From a virus (taxonomy: Duplodnaviria > Caudoviricetes), in the IMG/VR virus record IMGVR_UViG_3300031949_000028, positions 1,009-65,008 of that record: 64,000 nucleotides of DNA, one strand, 5' to 3'. The notes beneath the pieces were generated by a model. That model did no database searches. It was not told the origin of the DNA and saw nothing but the letters and a program-made list of their open reading frames with translations. The stretch's first letter is position 1, and each line of letters begins with the position of its first letter. This document shows positions 20,387 to 30,014 of this stretch, piece after piece. Made by a program: the position numbers and the translations under genes.

Positions 20387-22316
20387 GTGAGCCTCTTGTT
20401 CGAGCGCCGTGGCGTATCGCCTTCCGATCAGAGGGCGAGTACGTGAACTGCTACTTCGCCGACGAGCACACGATGGAGGGCGCCATTCTGCTCAGCTCTC
20501 TCAAGCGCAGTATCGCCGAACTCGGAATGTTCGACGCTTGGCGCGAGTTCATGCAGGACGCAATGCGCGCTGTCACAAAGGACACGCTCGGCGTTGCCTG
20601 CGAGTACCCCGAGGAACCGCAACCAGCGCCCGAGCACGAACGTGCGGGCCGAGGATAGATCCATGCAAACAATCCAGATGCCAGACGGTCGCCTACTCCG
20701 CGAGCTGTTCAGCGAGGAAGAAGTGCGCCAAGGCAAGCACACGCGGCGCCGTCAAGAGCTTGAAAAGCTCGGTGGCAAGTTCAAGCGCTTCGAGTGGGTA
20801 AGCACGAGCAAGTACGAGCCACACCAAGGCGAGCGTGAGTGTGCTCGTCGTCGCCGACAGATGGAGCGAGCGACGGCATGAACTCTGTCGGTATCGAGCC
20901 GGGGGAGCTGCGGTGAAGCGAGAATACCTCGACGCGCTGATCGAATCGTACTGGGATCACCTACCGAAGCTAGGGAAGTCCACGGCAGACGACGACGCGC
21001 ACCTGGCTATCAAAATCGAAATCAGTCGGCTCTGCGGCGTACAGCGCGGGCTCGGACTCAAGTCGTATCTCGAACGACTGGCAGTGGCCCCATGAAGCTC
21101 GCGGCCCGAATCCGTACCGCCAACGAGTCTGCTCAGCCGTTCGTCTACCGCGTTCAGGACCGATCTGGTCGTGGGCCGTTTCGTCCTGGCTTTTCGCGTC
21201 GCTGGTGTGACGACAATTTTACGCACGGCATGTTGGCGTTGCCTACGTGGCTTGAAGAGTTCGGCGCCGACCTGATCGAAAAGCAACGAAAGCCGGAAGA
21301 GTTTTACGGAACTGCCGTTCGTGATCCTGGCGCACTTGGCAAGTGGTTTTCGCCGACCGAGCAAGCGCGGCTGGTCCGGCTGCACTTTCACGTGGTCTCG
21401 ATGCGTCCAACTCGCATTTTAGCAGAAAGCGAGAACCAGCTCGTATTTGCTCGCTTGCTCCCGCTATCGATGGGAGTCGTGTCGTTGCCGTGGCGCTCTA
21501 TTGCGGAGGCCGCATGAGCGACGCACTCAAAGCTGCCGAGCAGCACCTAGCCGAGTTAGTCGCCAACGGAGTTGCCGCGCGCGACAAGCCGAGTGCGCTC
21601 CACTTCGGGCTCATCACGACGCTCGCGGCCGAGCTGAAACAGTGCCGCACCAAGCTCGACAAGGTGATGGCGCATCCGAGCGTATCGCTATCGACCTACG
21701 AGGCCGTAGAGCGCGAGCGGGATGCCGCGCTGGCCCGTGTCTCACGTCTCAGAGACATCGACCCGCTTGCGTCCGACATGCTCGACGCAATGGATCGGCT
21801 GGCGAAGCAGCGCGACGAAGCCCATGAGGAACTCGCTGTCACCCAGATACAGCTAGATAACGCCGCGCACGAAGCCAAGGAATTTCGTCTAGCTCATAAC
21901 CGCCTCATGGAACTGTACAAGAAAACCAAGATGGATCACGGACTTTGCGAGCCAGTTGAACGGAAGGCTTGCACGAATTGCGCGGCGCGACGAGAGCTTG
22001 ATCGGCTGTTGTCAGAATGGAAGGGGCCGCGAGTGGTGCTCGCATGACCCTCTCTCACCGCCTCCGCCGCACCATCCGCCGCCTCTCGCTGTTCGAGATC
22101 GTCAAGCCGATCAAGCGTCCCAAGTTCCCAGTGAACCACGAACTCGTTCGTAGTCGTCACCAAGCCTACGACGATCTACGTGCTCGTGATCTTTCAATCG
22201 AAGGCGGGGAGCGCTCCAACCTAAAGCGCTTCATCGCTCGAACCCAGCGTTTGCAGCTCATCGAGCAGCGCAAGCCGAAAGCATCCATTTTGAAGTTAGT
22301 GAGGTCGCGAGGATGA
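20383..22316 (+). other. coupled small rightward early genes
   Basis: ORFs 20383-20658, 20663-20881, 20913-21095, 21092-21517, 21514-22047 (coiled coil), 22044-22316. Confidence 0.6.
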
Positions 22317-22427
22317 CGCGAATGGAAGCCTATCGCGCTGCGCTCAGTGCTGCTGTTCGTGACGGCAAATCTGAGCTTGTTCGGCTGCTCACTCGCGAGT
22401 GCCTAGTACTAATCCAAGGAACCAACG

Positions 22428-23303
22428 ATGAACCAACTCGCTCGGCGCTCGACGACGGACATCAGTGTATTCGATCCGGCCGAAGCGAGAACGGCTGAGG
22501 CGAAGCTAACTGCGATCATCGAATACGCGAAGAGCGTGAAGGACTGGCCGCTACTGGAGCAGGCGGTCGAGCAGATAGTCGAGAAGCAGATCGAGCTTGT
22601 CGGCTGGTGGGACGCTAAGGTACGCCCACCTGGGCAGAGTAATAACGCCGATCTGGGTTATTTGTTTGTCGAAGAGCTGGAGAAGCTAACCCATTTCACC
22701 CAACAACAGATTTCCAAGCTCCGCAAAAAGCTCAAGGACGTTCCAGCATACCGAGCGCGGCTCTTCGGAAAAACATGGGCCGAAGCCTTCGGCGCCGCTA
22801 ACCCGCACGTTGCGAACAACAGCGGCGAAAACGAGTGGTACACGCCGGCGGATTTGATTGCCGCGGCTCGTGCAGTGCTTGGAGGTATCGATCTCGACCC
22901 AGCGAGTTGCGCGCTGGCAAACGAAACCGTTCAAGCCACTAACTACTTCGACGCTAAGCAAAACGGGCTCGTCCAGAAGTGGAGCGGGCGAGTCTGGCTC
23001 AACCCGCCGTACGCGCAACCTCTGATCTCTCAATTTTCGGCCGCAGTCGTTAGCAAGCGCGCCGAGTACGACGCAGCGTGCGTGCTCGTGAACAACGCTA
23101 CCGATACGGATTGGCTACAGAACATGCTCGACGCTTGCGACGCAGCGTGCTTCCTACGCGGCCGAGTGAGATTCATTGACAAGGAAGGTGATCCGTCCGG
23201 AGCTCCGTTGCAGGGTCAGGTAGTGCTCTACCTCGGCCCACGCACGAACTCCTTCGGAGAAGTGTTTGCCGCGCTCGGTTGGGTCTGCCGCAAGCATGGC
23301 TGA
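22428..23303 (+). CDS. phage N6-adenine DNA methyltransferase with N-terminal extension
   Basis: NEWYTP...GGIDLDPAS...VWLNPPY...CFLRGRVRF. Confidence 0.88.
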   Translation: MNQLARRSTTDISVFDPAEARTAEAKLTAIIEYAKSVKDWPLLEQAVEQIVEKQIELVGWWDAKVRPPGQSNNADLGYLFVEELEKLTHFTQQQISKLRKKLKDVPAYRARLFGKTWAEAFGAANPHVANNSGENEWYTPADLIAAARAVLGGIDLDPASCALANETVQATNYFDAKQNGLVQKWSGRVWLNPPYAQPLISQFSAAVVSKRAEYDAACVLVNNATDTDWLQNMLDACDAACFLRGRVRFIDKEGDPSGAPLQGQVVLYLGPRTNSFGEVFAALGWVCRKHG

Positions 23304-23772
23304 CATTCGAGACTGGGGTCGATTTCTTCGCGGCCGATGGGATTGGTCGAAGTTTGGATATGAACGCGGATTTCCGCGCGGCTGTCAGTTCACAGACATA
23401 GACGCGACCGTGGAATTTGACGGCAAGCGTCTGGTGCTCGAACCCAAGCACTACGACGGTGAAGGTGAGCTTTCGCTGCCGCCAACTGGGCAGCTCCGAT
23501 TTCTACAAGACGAAGCGCGGAGCGGAAAGACGGTGCTCGTGCTCTACGGCTGCGGGGTCTGCAACGACCCGTACGCGATTTACGACGTGGGGCGAAACGA
23601 ATGGTTTAAGTGGCGCGATCAAGGTGGCGCTTGGCTTAGCAGAAGCGACAGGCGACTGCGGCTCAAGAACCACATTGACCGCGCTATGGGCTTGGAGTGC
23701 GGCAAGGCTACCAACTCGGCCGCGCTCGTCAGCGCTAGAGGCAATGGGGATCTTAGCACAGCGCAACGGTAG
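23296..23772 (+). CDS. hypothetical protein
   Basis: ATG at 23296; DIDATVEFDGKRLVLEPKH may be a PD-(D/E)xK-like motif. Confidence 0.6.
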   Translation: MADIRDWGRFLRGRWDWSKFGYERGFPRGCQFTDIDATVEFDGKRLVLEPKHYDGEGELSLPPTGQLRFLQDEARSGKTVLVLYGCGVCNDPYAIYDVGRNEWFKWRDQGGAWLSRSDRRLRLKNHIDRAMGLECGKATNSAALVSARGNGDLSTAQR

Positions 23773-23942
23773 GCGACGGGAAGCCGTAGGACTAAGCGGC
23801 TAGCGGGGCGTTGCTCGGCTAGTTGTAAGTGGCCCGTCACGCACGCTCGGCTCACGCGTGGCTAGAGCGTTCCGGCCTAAACCCTCTTTACGGAGGGATT
23901 AGCTCGGCACGCCCGCTGACTACGCTGGCTAAGGGGAAAGAG

Positions 23943-24485
23943 ATGAACGAGGACTTGATGGTAAGCGCTTACGTTGGGTACTGCGAAAACCTTCTGGCTC
24001 TACGAAAGAGCGGTGATTGGAAAGCATGGCACGAGACGTGGGACGAGTACGTCCGAGTGCGATTGGGTTTATCGAAGTCGCGCGCGAAGCTCGTCTGCGA
24101 CTTTGCCAAGTTCCGCGCCATGCTCGACTCCGAGCTGTTCGCGACGCGGCCGGAGACGCCGGAGCAGGTGAAGGGGATTCTGGCGCTGCCGCAGAAGCAG
24201 TGGATAGACACGTGGGAGTTGGTGCTGAACGTGTGCAAGCCGCCGGTGACGGCGCAAAACGTCGAGTCGGCGATGGTGCATTTTCACATTTACGCGCACA
24301 AGTCGCTGTCACCGGAGGCGTTGAAGGCCATTCGTGTGCGGCGAGCCGCTAAGACGATGGCCGAAATGAAAGACGGTACGGAGCTCGTCGGCGAAATCGG
24401 CGGCAGGGCGCTGGGCAAGAACTGGAACAAAGCTGTGGAGGTTGTCATTGACGCAGACCAAGCACGACTCAACGAACAGCGATGA
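23943..24485 (+). CDS. hypothetical protein, possible HTH
   Basis: ATG at 23943 with GGGGAAAGAG SD; TWDEYVRVRLGLSKSRAK. Confidence 0.65.
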   Translation: MNEDLMVSAYVGYCENLLALRKSGDWKAWHETWDEYVRVRLGLSKSRAKLVCDFAKFRAMLDSELFATRPETPEQVKGILALPQKQWIDTWELVLNVCKPPVTAQNVESAMVHFHIYAHKSLSPEALKAIRVRRAAKTMAEMKDGTELVGEIGGRALGKNWNKAVEVVIDADQARLNEQR

Positions 24486-24885
24486 CGTTCCACGTGGCAC
24501 CAAACCCGATACCTGCGATCACTGCGGACTCCCCGGCAAGCTCGGGCCGGAGCTTCGAGCCTATTCAGTCGCTGACAGAAAAGGAAGAAGCGTCGTCCGA
24601 ATACTTCACGCGCAAGACATTGGAAGAGAGCGAAATTGCGTCGCCGAGTGGTTCGCCAAATATCGAGCGTGGCAAGCGTCGGTCGGCATGGGAAGCGGGG
24701 ATAAAGGAAGGGCACAGCCGCGTGATGCAGAGCCCGATACTCGAGAGTTTGTGCGCCGAGCTGAGTCTCTTGAGGAAGTTGGTGAACGCGATGACGGTAG
24801 CGGCGCAGGAGCAGGACAAGGTGATCTCCTGGTATCGGCGCAAGTTGCGGGAAGCGTATCACCACATTCTGACGAGGCGTGATCC

Positions 24886-25173
24886 GTGAACCTACGCGAA
24901 CACGCCCGCGGCCAGTTCTGTGCGGTGCGATTGCCGGGTATCTGCAATGGCAACGCTGAGACGACTGTGCTCGCGCACGTACGGCTTTCAGGTATCAGCG
25001 GCATGGGATTGAAGTCTCCTGACTTGCTCGGCGCGTGGGCGTGCTCGTCGTGCCACGACGAAATTGATAGACGGACGCGCGAGCTAGAGGCGGACTTTGT
25101 GAAGCTCGCGTTCTACGAGGGCATTTTGAGAACGCAAGCTGCGCTCATCGAGTCGGAGGTTGTGACGTGGTAG
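24886..25173 (+). CDS. DUF1364-family protein
   Basis: ARGQFCAVRLPGICNGNAETTVLAH...GMGLK..DLLGAWACSSCHDEID. Confidence 0.88.
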   Translation: MNLREHARGQFCAVRLPGICNGNAETTVLAHVRLSGISGMGLKSPDLLGAWACSSCHDEIDRRTRELEADFVKLAFYEGILRTQAALIESEVVTW

Positions 25174-25481
25174 CGAAGTACCGTAACAAGATCAGTCTGG
25201 ATGCAGACGGAGTGCCGTTCGCGAGCAAGCGTGAGCTAACGCGCTGGCGCGAGCTCGTGCTGCTCCAGACTGCCGGACTCATTTCCGAGCTACGCCGACA
25301 GGTGCGATTGCCGCTCGGTGTGAAGTACGACAGCGGGCGGGAAGCGGCACTCGTGGTGGACTTCATGTACGTCGAGAAGGGCGAGCAGAAATACGCCGAC
25401 GCGAAGGGTTTCGAGACGGACGCGAGCAAGCTCAAGCGCGCAATTCTGCGCAGCCGTGGAATTGAGATAGTGCTCGTATGA
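25167..25481 (+). CDS. DUF1064-family nuclease-like protein
   Basis: KYRNK...DGVPFASKRE...VVDFMY...DAKGFET. Confidence 0.8.
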   Translation: MVAKYRNKISLDADGVPFASKRELTRWRELVLLQTAGLISELRRQVRLPLGVKYDSGREAALVVDFMYVEKGEQKYADAKGFETDASKLKRAILRSRGIEIVLV

Positions 25482-25918
25482 GTGCTGATTTCGTCATGAA
25501 CGACGAGAACAAGGACCGCGTATTGGCGCGGCTCGTCGGATTCTTGCACAACTGGCCGAAGGACAAGCCGTGCCTGATTCACTGCGAGCTGTTCAAGATC
25601 GGGCGTTCTAGCAAGCAGAACCGGGCGCTATTCGGGCTCGCGTACAAGATCCTGCGCGACGAGACGGGGCACAGCGTGGATGAGCTGCATGATTTCTTCT
25701 GCAAGCGCTTCTTCGGCACCGTCGAGTACGACTTCTTCGGCGAGACGCGTACACGTCCCATGCGCACGACGACGACGGATGAGGACGGGAAGCGTGACGT
25801 GTTGCCGTGGGATCGGTTCAGCGATTTCTTCGAGTCAGTTCGTACCTTTGCGGCGAGCGAGCTCATGGTGAACATTCCGGACCCCGATCCGGATTACGAA
25901 CAGAAGCGTGCTGCATGA
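25478..25918 (+). CDS. NinB-like recombination protein
   Basis: RSSKQNRALFG...LHDFFCKRF...MRTT...FSDFFESVRTFAA. Confidence 0.7.
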   Translation: MSADFVMNDENKDRVLARLVGFLHNWPKDKPCLIHCELFKIGRSSKQNRALFGLAYKILRDETGHSVDELHDFFCKRFFGTVEYDFFGETRTRPMRTTTTDEDGKRDVLPWDRFSDFFESVRTFAASELMVNIPDPDPDYEQKRAA

Positions 25919-26021
25919 TTTTCGCCCGGCACCAGACGCCACAACCCCGATGGTGGCCGATTTGCAACCACAAAAGCGTCGCATGGTTTGGCCGCTGGTG
26001 TCCGGGCGATTCTAGGGAGGG

Positions 26022-26411
26022 ATGATGGCTGCAATCGCAAGTGAAGTAGCTCCGAGCCAGTGGCGCTGCCTCGAGCCCGAGGGGCGGGGCCACGAGCTGC
26101 TGATTACCTGGGGCATTCATAGGCGTGGAGGGGAGCGTACGCACTCTCCGATCTCGGCCCAGAAGTACGATCCACCTATGGACCCAGTGCATGACGATGA
26201 GCCGTATTCTGTGGTGCTGGTCGATGATGTGCTGCGTACGCTGGTGAGGACCGGACATGAGCATACGGTCGAGATTGCCAAGCGATTCTATCTTGAGCAT
26301 CCGAAGTACGATTTTTTTGAGGTAGCCGGCAGGGTCAGTCGAACCGAGGGATTCGTGCGGCTCACGCTTCGTGGTGTTTGCGAGCTTGTAGAAAATCGCG
26401 TACCGGAATAG
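26022..26411 (+). CDS. putative Q-like late antiterminator
   Basis: last early gene; the late promoter overlaps its 3' end and a terminator follows (lambda Q/PR'/tR' layout); positional call only. Confidence 0.45.
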   Translation: MMAAIASEVAPSQWRCLEPEGRGHELLITWGIHRRGGERTHSPISAQKYDPPMDPVHDDEPYSVVLVDDVLRTLVRTGHEHTVEIAKRFYLEHPKYDFFEVAGRVSRTEGFVRLTLRGVCELVENRVPE

Positions 26412-26414
26412 TAT
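26386..26414 (+). promoter_or_regulatory. late promoter (PR'-like)
   Basis: TTGTAG (26386-91), 17 bp, TAGTAT (26409-14). Confidence 0.65.
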
Positions 26415-26475
26415 TCAGGAACCTACGTGGCGCTCTACTGCGCCCGGAACAAACGCATCCCGTTTGATATTTGAC

Positions 26476-26497
26476 GCTCGCCACGCGCGGGCTTTTT
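26476..26497 (+). terminator. intrinsic terminator (tR'-like)
   Basis: GCTCGC-cacgc-GCGGGC followed by TTTTT. Confidence 0.7.
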
Positions 26498-26516
26498 CAT
26501 TTGGAGAACCGAACCC

Positions 26517-28979
26517 GTGCGAAGCCTCAAATGGCTCGTCGTCGCATTCGTATGTGCTGTACTTGCGCCGCCGTGGCTGACGTATGCGCAGTGGGTCCGT
26601 GGGACGGTCAATGGTGTTGAGACGTGTGTTGACGTAGCGGCTGGCGTTTCTATTCCTGCGGTCTACCCCAGGAGCAAGCCTGACACGACGAAGGCGTGCA
26701 AGGGGGCGAGCGCGCTGCTCGCGTGGCTCAAGTCGGCGAACGGTGCTGCCTATGCTGCCGGGCTATCGGCGGTATTCCCAGGCGCTCTGCCGGATGACAT
26801 ACCCAATACCGCGCCACCGGCTTCTGGTCCATCGCTGCACGCTCCGTGGTCGCAGTCCGACATCGGCTCCCCGTCGATCGCCGGGGATGCGTCCGACACA
26901 GCGAACGTGCTCACGACCTCGGGGCAGGGAAACTTCGCCAGCACGACGGTCCAGGGCCATAGCGTCCACCAAGAACTGACCGGGGACTATGAGGCGATCT
27001 GGTGCCCGGACTCGATCACGTCGGATTTGGTCTGGGCGCGGACGCTGATTCGCATCGCGGATTCTCTCGACGCCAACTCCGCGTTCATCTCCGCATCGCT
27101 CGACAACAACCCGAGCGCGACCGATGGCGCACAGATGGACGCTCGACTAACAACGGGTGCCGCGTCCATCTACGCGACCAATGCGTCGAATCAGAATCCG
27201 GGCGACACATGCCTGAAGGTGTCGCGCCTCGGTACAGCGGTCGCCGTGTACAGCAGCCCGGTCGCGCAGCCGTATGTCTGGACGCTGATCAACAACGGCT
27301 CGCAGACCATTACGTTTACTGGGTCTATCTGGATCGATGTCCTGACGCATAGCGGCGCCGCTGGCACGCTTGCGATCGCTATCGGCACCCTGCCAACGGT
27401 GAGCGCGATTGCGGGCGCGGCTGGGACTGTGGAGTTCACCGCGCCCACGATCTCGCAGGCCGAGAACGTCACCCCGCTCGTGATCTCGGTCTCGCGCAGC
27501 GGTGGATGTTCTGGTGCTGCGAGCGTGGCTGTGTCGAAGTCCGGTGGCACGGCAGCCGCCGGTACGGACTACACCGATCCGCCGTTTCCGGTCATGCTTA
27601 ATTGGAGCGACGGAAGCTGCACGACGCAGACGCAGAACGTGACGCTGATCGACCGCTCCGGCGTGCAGGCGAGCCGCACGCTCAACCTCGCGCTCGGCAG
27701 TTACTCGACGGTCGCGGCCGGTAGCCAAGTCACTCAAGCCGTCACAATCACCGACAACGACGGCGTTGACCGAGATTTGCACTTTGGTCACGGCGTTGCG
27801 GTTCGAGGTCTCTCGTACTCCGTTTGCACCGGCAACGAGTGCAATTCTGCGCCGACGCTTCAGACGATCACGGACGCCCAGAACCGGCGATTTGCGGTCT
27901 ACGACACCTCCGCGATCGCGAACAACGCGAACATCAAGACTATCCTGATTCAGATCCCGTGGAGCGTGTTCGAGTACGGCGGTCAGGGAGTGTACACACC
28001 GGCGTTCGACATGTTGCAAGCCGAGGTGACGAAGCTGCAATCACTCGCGCAACCCAAGTCGCTGATTCTGAGCATCATCGAGGTCCGTTACAACGATCCG
28101 ATCAACGCGATCTTTCCACCCTACATCAAACAAATGGGCGTGGCCTGGACCTCGGGGTCTGTTCCGCCGTCGGGCTCGACGTGCATGTACGGTCCGACCG
28201 AAGCGCCGTGGCTCGTAGAGGTCAAGTGGTGGAACACCGCGTGCATGAACCCGTACACCGCCCTCGTGGAGGCGCTCGGTGCGGAGTTCGACGACGTAGT
28301 AGGGTTCGAGGGCCTCTCGTTCATGAACGAGACGGCGTACACCTACGGCAGCAACGCGGCTACTGAGGGATTCAGTGCCGCGAATTTCAACACGAACCTG
28401 CGGGCGATGGTCACGGCGGGTGCCGCGGCGTGGCCGCACTCCCTCGCGATTATCCCCGTCACCTACACGTTCAACGGCAGTCAGTCCAACCTCATCTCGT
28501 TGGTGTCGCTCGCGGCGTCGCTCGGCGTTGGAATCGGCGCAGGCGATACCTGCCTGCCGTGGCGCCCGTCAGACGGAGTGACGAGCGGCGAGTGCAACTG
28601 GGACGGCGTACGGATCTGGCGCGGCGACATCGGCGGCCACGACTACCGCGGCACTGGCAGTGCTGCGAACGAAATCATCTACATGAGCCGCATCGAGGCG
28701 AGCGAGCTCGGGCTCAACTCGGTGGGCGCCTCGGGCGGCTACACCCCGACGCAGCTCATGGACTTCGCGGCCGGTGTACTGACAACCGGAGGGAACTTCA
28801 ACTTGCGCGCTAACTATATGATCTGGGACTACCAGAACTATGCGTCGGACGGCGCGCCGTGCTCCGGCACCGTCTGTCAGTTCAATACCGCGACGACGGG
28901 CGAGAATGCGATCATCAACACACGGACGTTTCCGGCCGGCAACTTGGCCTGTCCGACGAACTTGTCTGAAACGTGTTAG
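26517..28979 (+). CDS. secreted multidomain protein: ConA/DUF1349-like, Calx-beta-like and clan-A-like glycoside hydrolase barrel
   Basis: signal peptide MRSLKWLVVAFVCAVLAPPWLTYA; WSQSDIG..ELTGD..WAR; VEFTAPTISQAEN..VSRSGG..GTAAAGTDY; IPWSVFE..FD..KWWN..MNET; many paired Cys. Confidence 0.65.
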   Translation: MRSLKWLVVAFVCAVLAPPWLTYAQWVRGTVNGVETCVDVAAGVSIPAVYPRSKPDTTKACKGASALLAWLKSANGAAYAAGLSAVFPGALPDDIPNTAPPASGPSLHAPWSQSDIGSPSIAGDASDTANVLTTSGQGNFASTTVQGHSVHQELTGDYEAIWCPDSITSDLVWARTLIRIADSLDANSAFISASLDNNPSATDGAQMDARLTTGAASIYATNASNQNPGDTCLKVSRLGTAVAVYSSPVAQPYVWTLINNGSQTITFTGSIWIDVLTHSGAAGTLAIAIGTLPTVSAIAGAAGTVEFTAPTISQAENVTPLVISVSRSGGCSGAASVAVSKSGGTAAAGTDYTDPPFPVMLNWSDGSCTTQTQNVTLIDRSGVQASRTLNLALGSYSTVAAGSQVTQAVTITDNDGVDRDLHFGHGVAVRGLSYSVCTGNECNSAPTLQTITDAQNRRFAVYDTSAIANNANIKTILIQIPWSVFEYGGQGVYTPAFDMLQAEVTKLQSLAQPKSLILSIIEVRYNDPINAIFPPYIKQMGVAWTSGSVPPSGSTCMYGPTEAPWLVEVKWWNTACMNPYTALVEALGAEFDDVVGFEGLSFMNETAYTYGSNAATEGFSAANFNTNLRAMVTAGAAAWPHSLAIIPVTYTFNGSQSNLISLVSLAASLGVGIGAGDTCLPWRPSDGVTSGECNWDGVRIWRGDIGGHDYRGTGSAANEIIYMSRIEASELGLNSVGASGGYTPTQLMDFAAGVLTTGGNFNLRANYMIWDYQNYASDGAPCSGTVCQFNTATTGENAIINTRTFPAGNLACPTNLSETC

Positions 28980-29101
28980 TGCGGTACCCAGAAGTTCGGG
29001 GCTTTCACTGCGAGTCGGATCGCGAGCACGATCGACACGAGGACGATCACGACCACGAACGACTTGAAGAGTGGGCCGGCTTGGCCGTGGCTCTTACTCA
29101 T
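28976..29101 (-). CDS. 41-aa antisense membrane peptide
   Basis: MSKSHGQAGPLFKSFVVVIVLVSIVLAIRLAVKAPNFWVPH. Confidence 0.5.
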   Translation of the reverse strand: MSKSHGQAGPLFKSFVVVIVLVSIVLAIRLAVKAPNFWVPH

Positions 29102-29237
29102 GGCGTTCGATAATCCCGTTCCCACTGTTCGCACTGACGTTGGTTGTACCCGTCGCACGCGGGGGCAAAGCGTGAGCCTGCTGCGTAAAGCGTCCAGCCA
29201 GCGATGGCTACCAGGGACAGGGCCGCGACGATTTGCA

Positions 29238-30014
29238 TTGCTTTTCTCATGGGCCAGATCCTCCGTTGGGAAGGTAATAGTACCCGGAATCGTCGGGTTG
29301 TTCTGTGCGTTATGTCTTGCCCATGCCCAAGCGGCTGCTCCGACGTTTGATGAGGCGCCTGCCGGTACTGGGACGGTGGTCGGCGATCCGGCGTTATTTA
29401 CCTCCTATGCCTCGGCTGTTGCTGGGGCGACGCTTGAGATTGCCATCCGTGTCAACGGCACGGGAGACAATGTAGTCGGTTGCAGCGACTCGACCAACGG
29501 CGCGTGGACGGAAGTTGCCCAGGCCGACAATGGCGCTGCTAATTTCCAGGTGTGGAGATTTTATAACTCCGCATCAGGTGCCATTGCCGGAGTGCAGTGC
29601 GACCTCACTAGTTCGCTCACGTACCGAGGGGTATCAACTGCCTACACCGGGGCAGAGACAGCTAGCGCCATTGAGGCGATCACCACTGGCACGTTCGCCT
29701 CGACGACCTCGGTCACGACCTCGAACATCGTCACGACGTATACCGACGAGCTGACGCTATGCCACATCGCGCTAGACGGCAACTCTACGATCGACCCGGA
29801 GAGCTCGGAGAACGAGCGAACCGAGACGAGCACCAGAGTTCAAGAGCAGGACAAGGACGCCACGGCTGCCGGGACGTTTACACATTCTTGGACACTCGGT
29901 ACCGCTGCGGCTGGGTCTTATATTTGTTTCGGACTGAAGTCTACGACCTCGGTACTTTCTGGTGGTTTCAACCCAATTCTCGGCCCGACCTCGTTACCTG
30001 GGAGCGTTCAATGA
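29238..30014 (+). CDS. secreted beta-sandwich protein (module A1)
   Basis: start uncertain (TTG 29238; frame open from 28980); signal IVGLFCALCLAHAQA; Thr/Ala-rich; ends GGFNP. Confidence 0.6.
   Translation: MLFSWARSSVGKVIVPGIVGLFCALCLAHAQAAAPTFDEAPAGTGTVVGDPALFTSYASAVAGATLEIAIRVNGTGDNVVGCSDSTNGAWTEVAQADNGAANFQVWRFYNSASGAIAGVQCDLTSSLTYRGVSTAYTGAETASAIEAITTGTFASTTSVTTSNIVTTYTDELTLCHIALDGNSTIDPESSENERTETSTRVQEQDKDATAAGTFTHSWTLGTAAAGSYICFGLKSTTSVLSGGFNPILGPTSLPGSVQ

Noticed and set aside
24442-24889. Two overlapping same-strand ORFs
   Set aside because: Cannot tell which frame is real; probably a CxxC gene followed by a short helical gene from 24725. Not enough support for a dual-coding claim.
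27147-28040. Long antisense ORFs here and at 10366-11091, 15997-16833, 45169-45801, 50593-51360 and 53365-54003
   Set aside because: Shadow ORFs of high-GC coding genes; no motifs or RBS
28977-30014. In-frame TAG between the 820-aa gene and the next open frame (possible readthrough or recoding)
   Set aside because: The intervening translation looks non-protein-like and is explained by an antisense gene (28976-29101). Other TAG-ending genes show no sign of reassignment.
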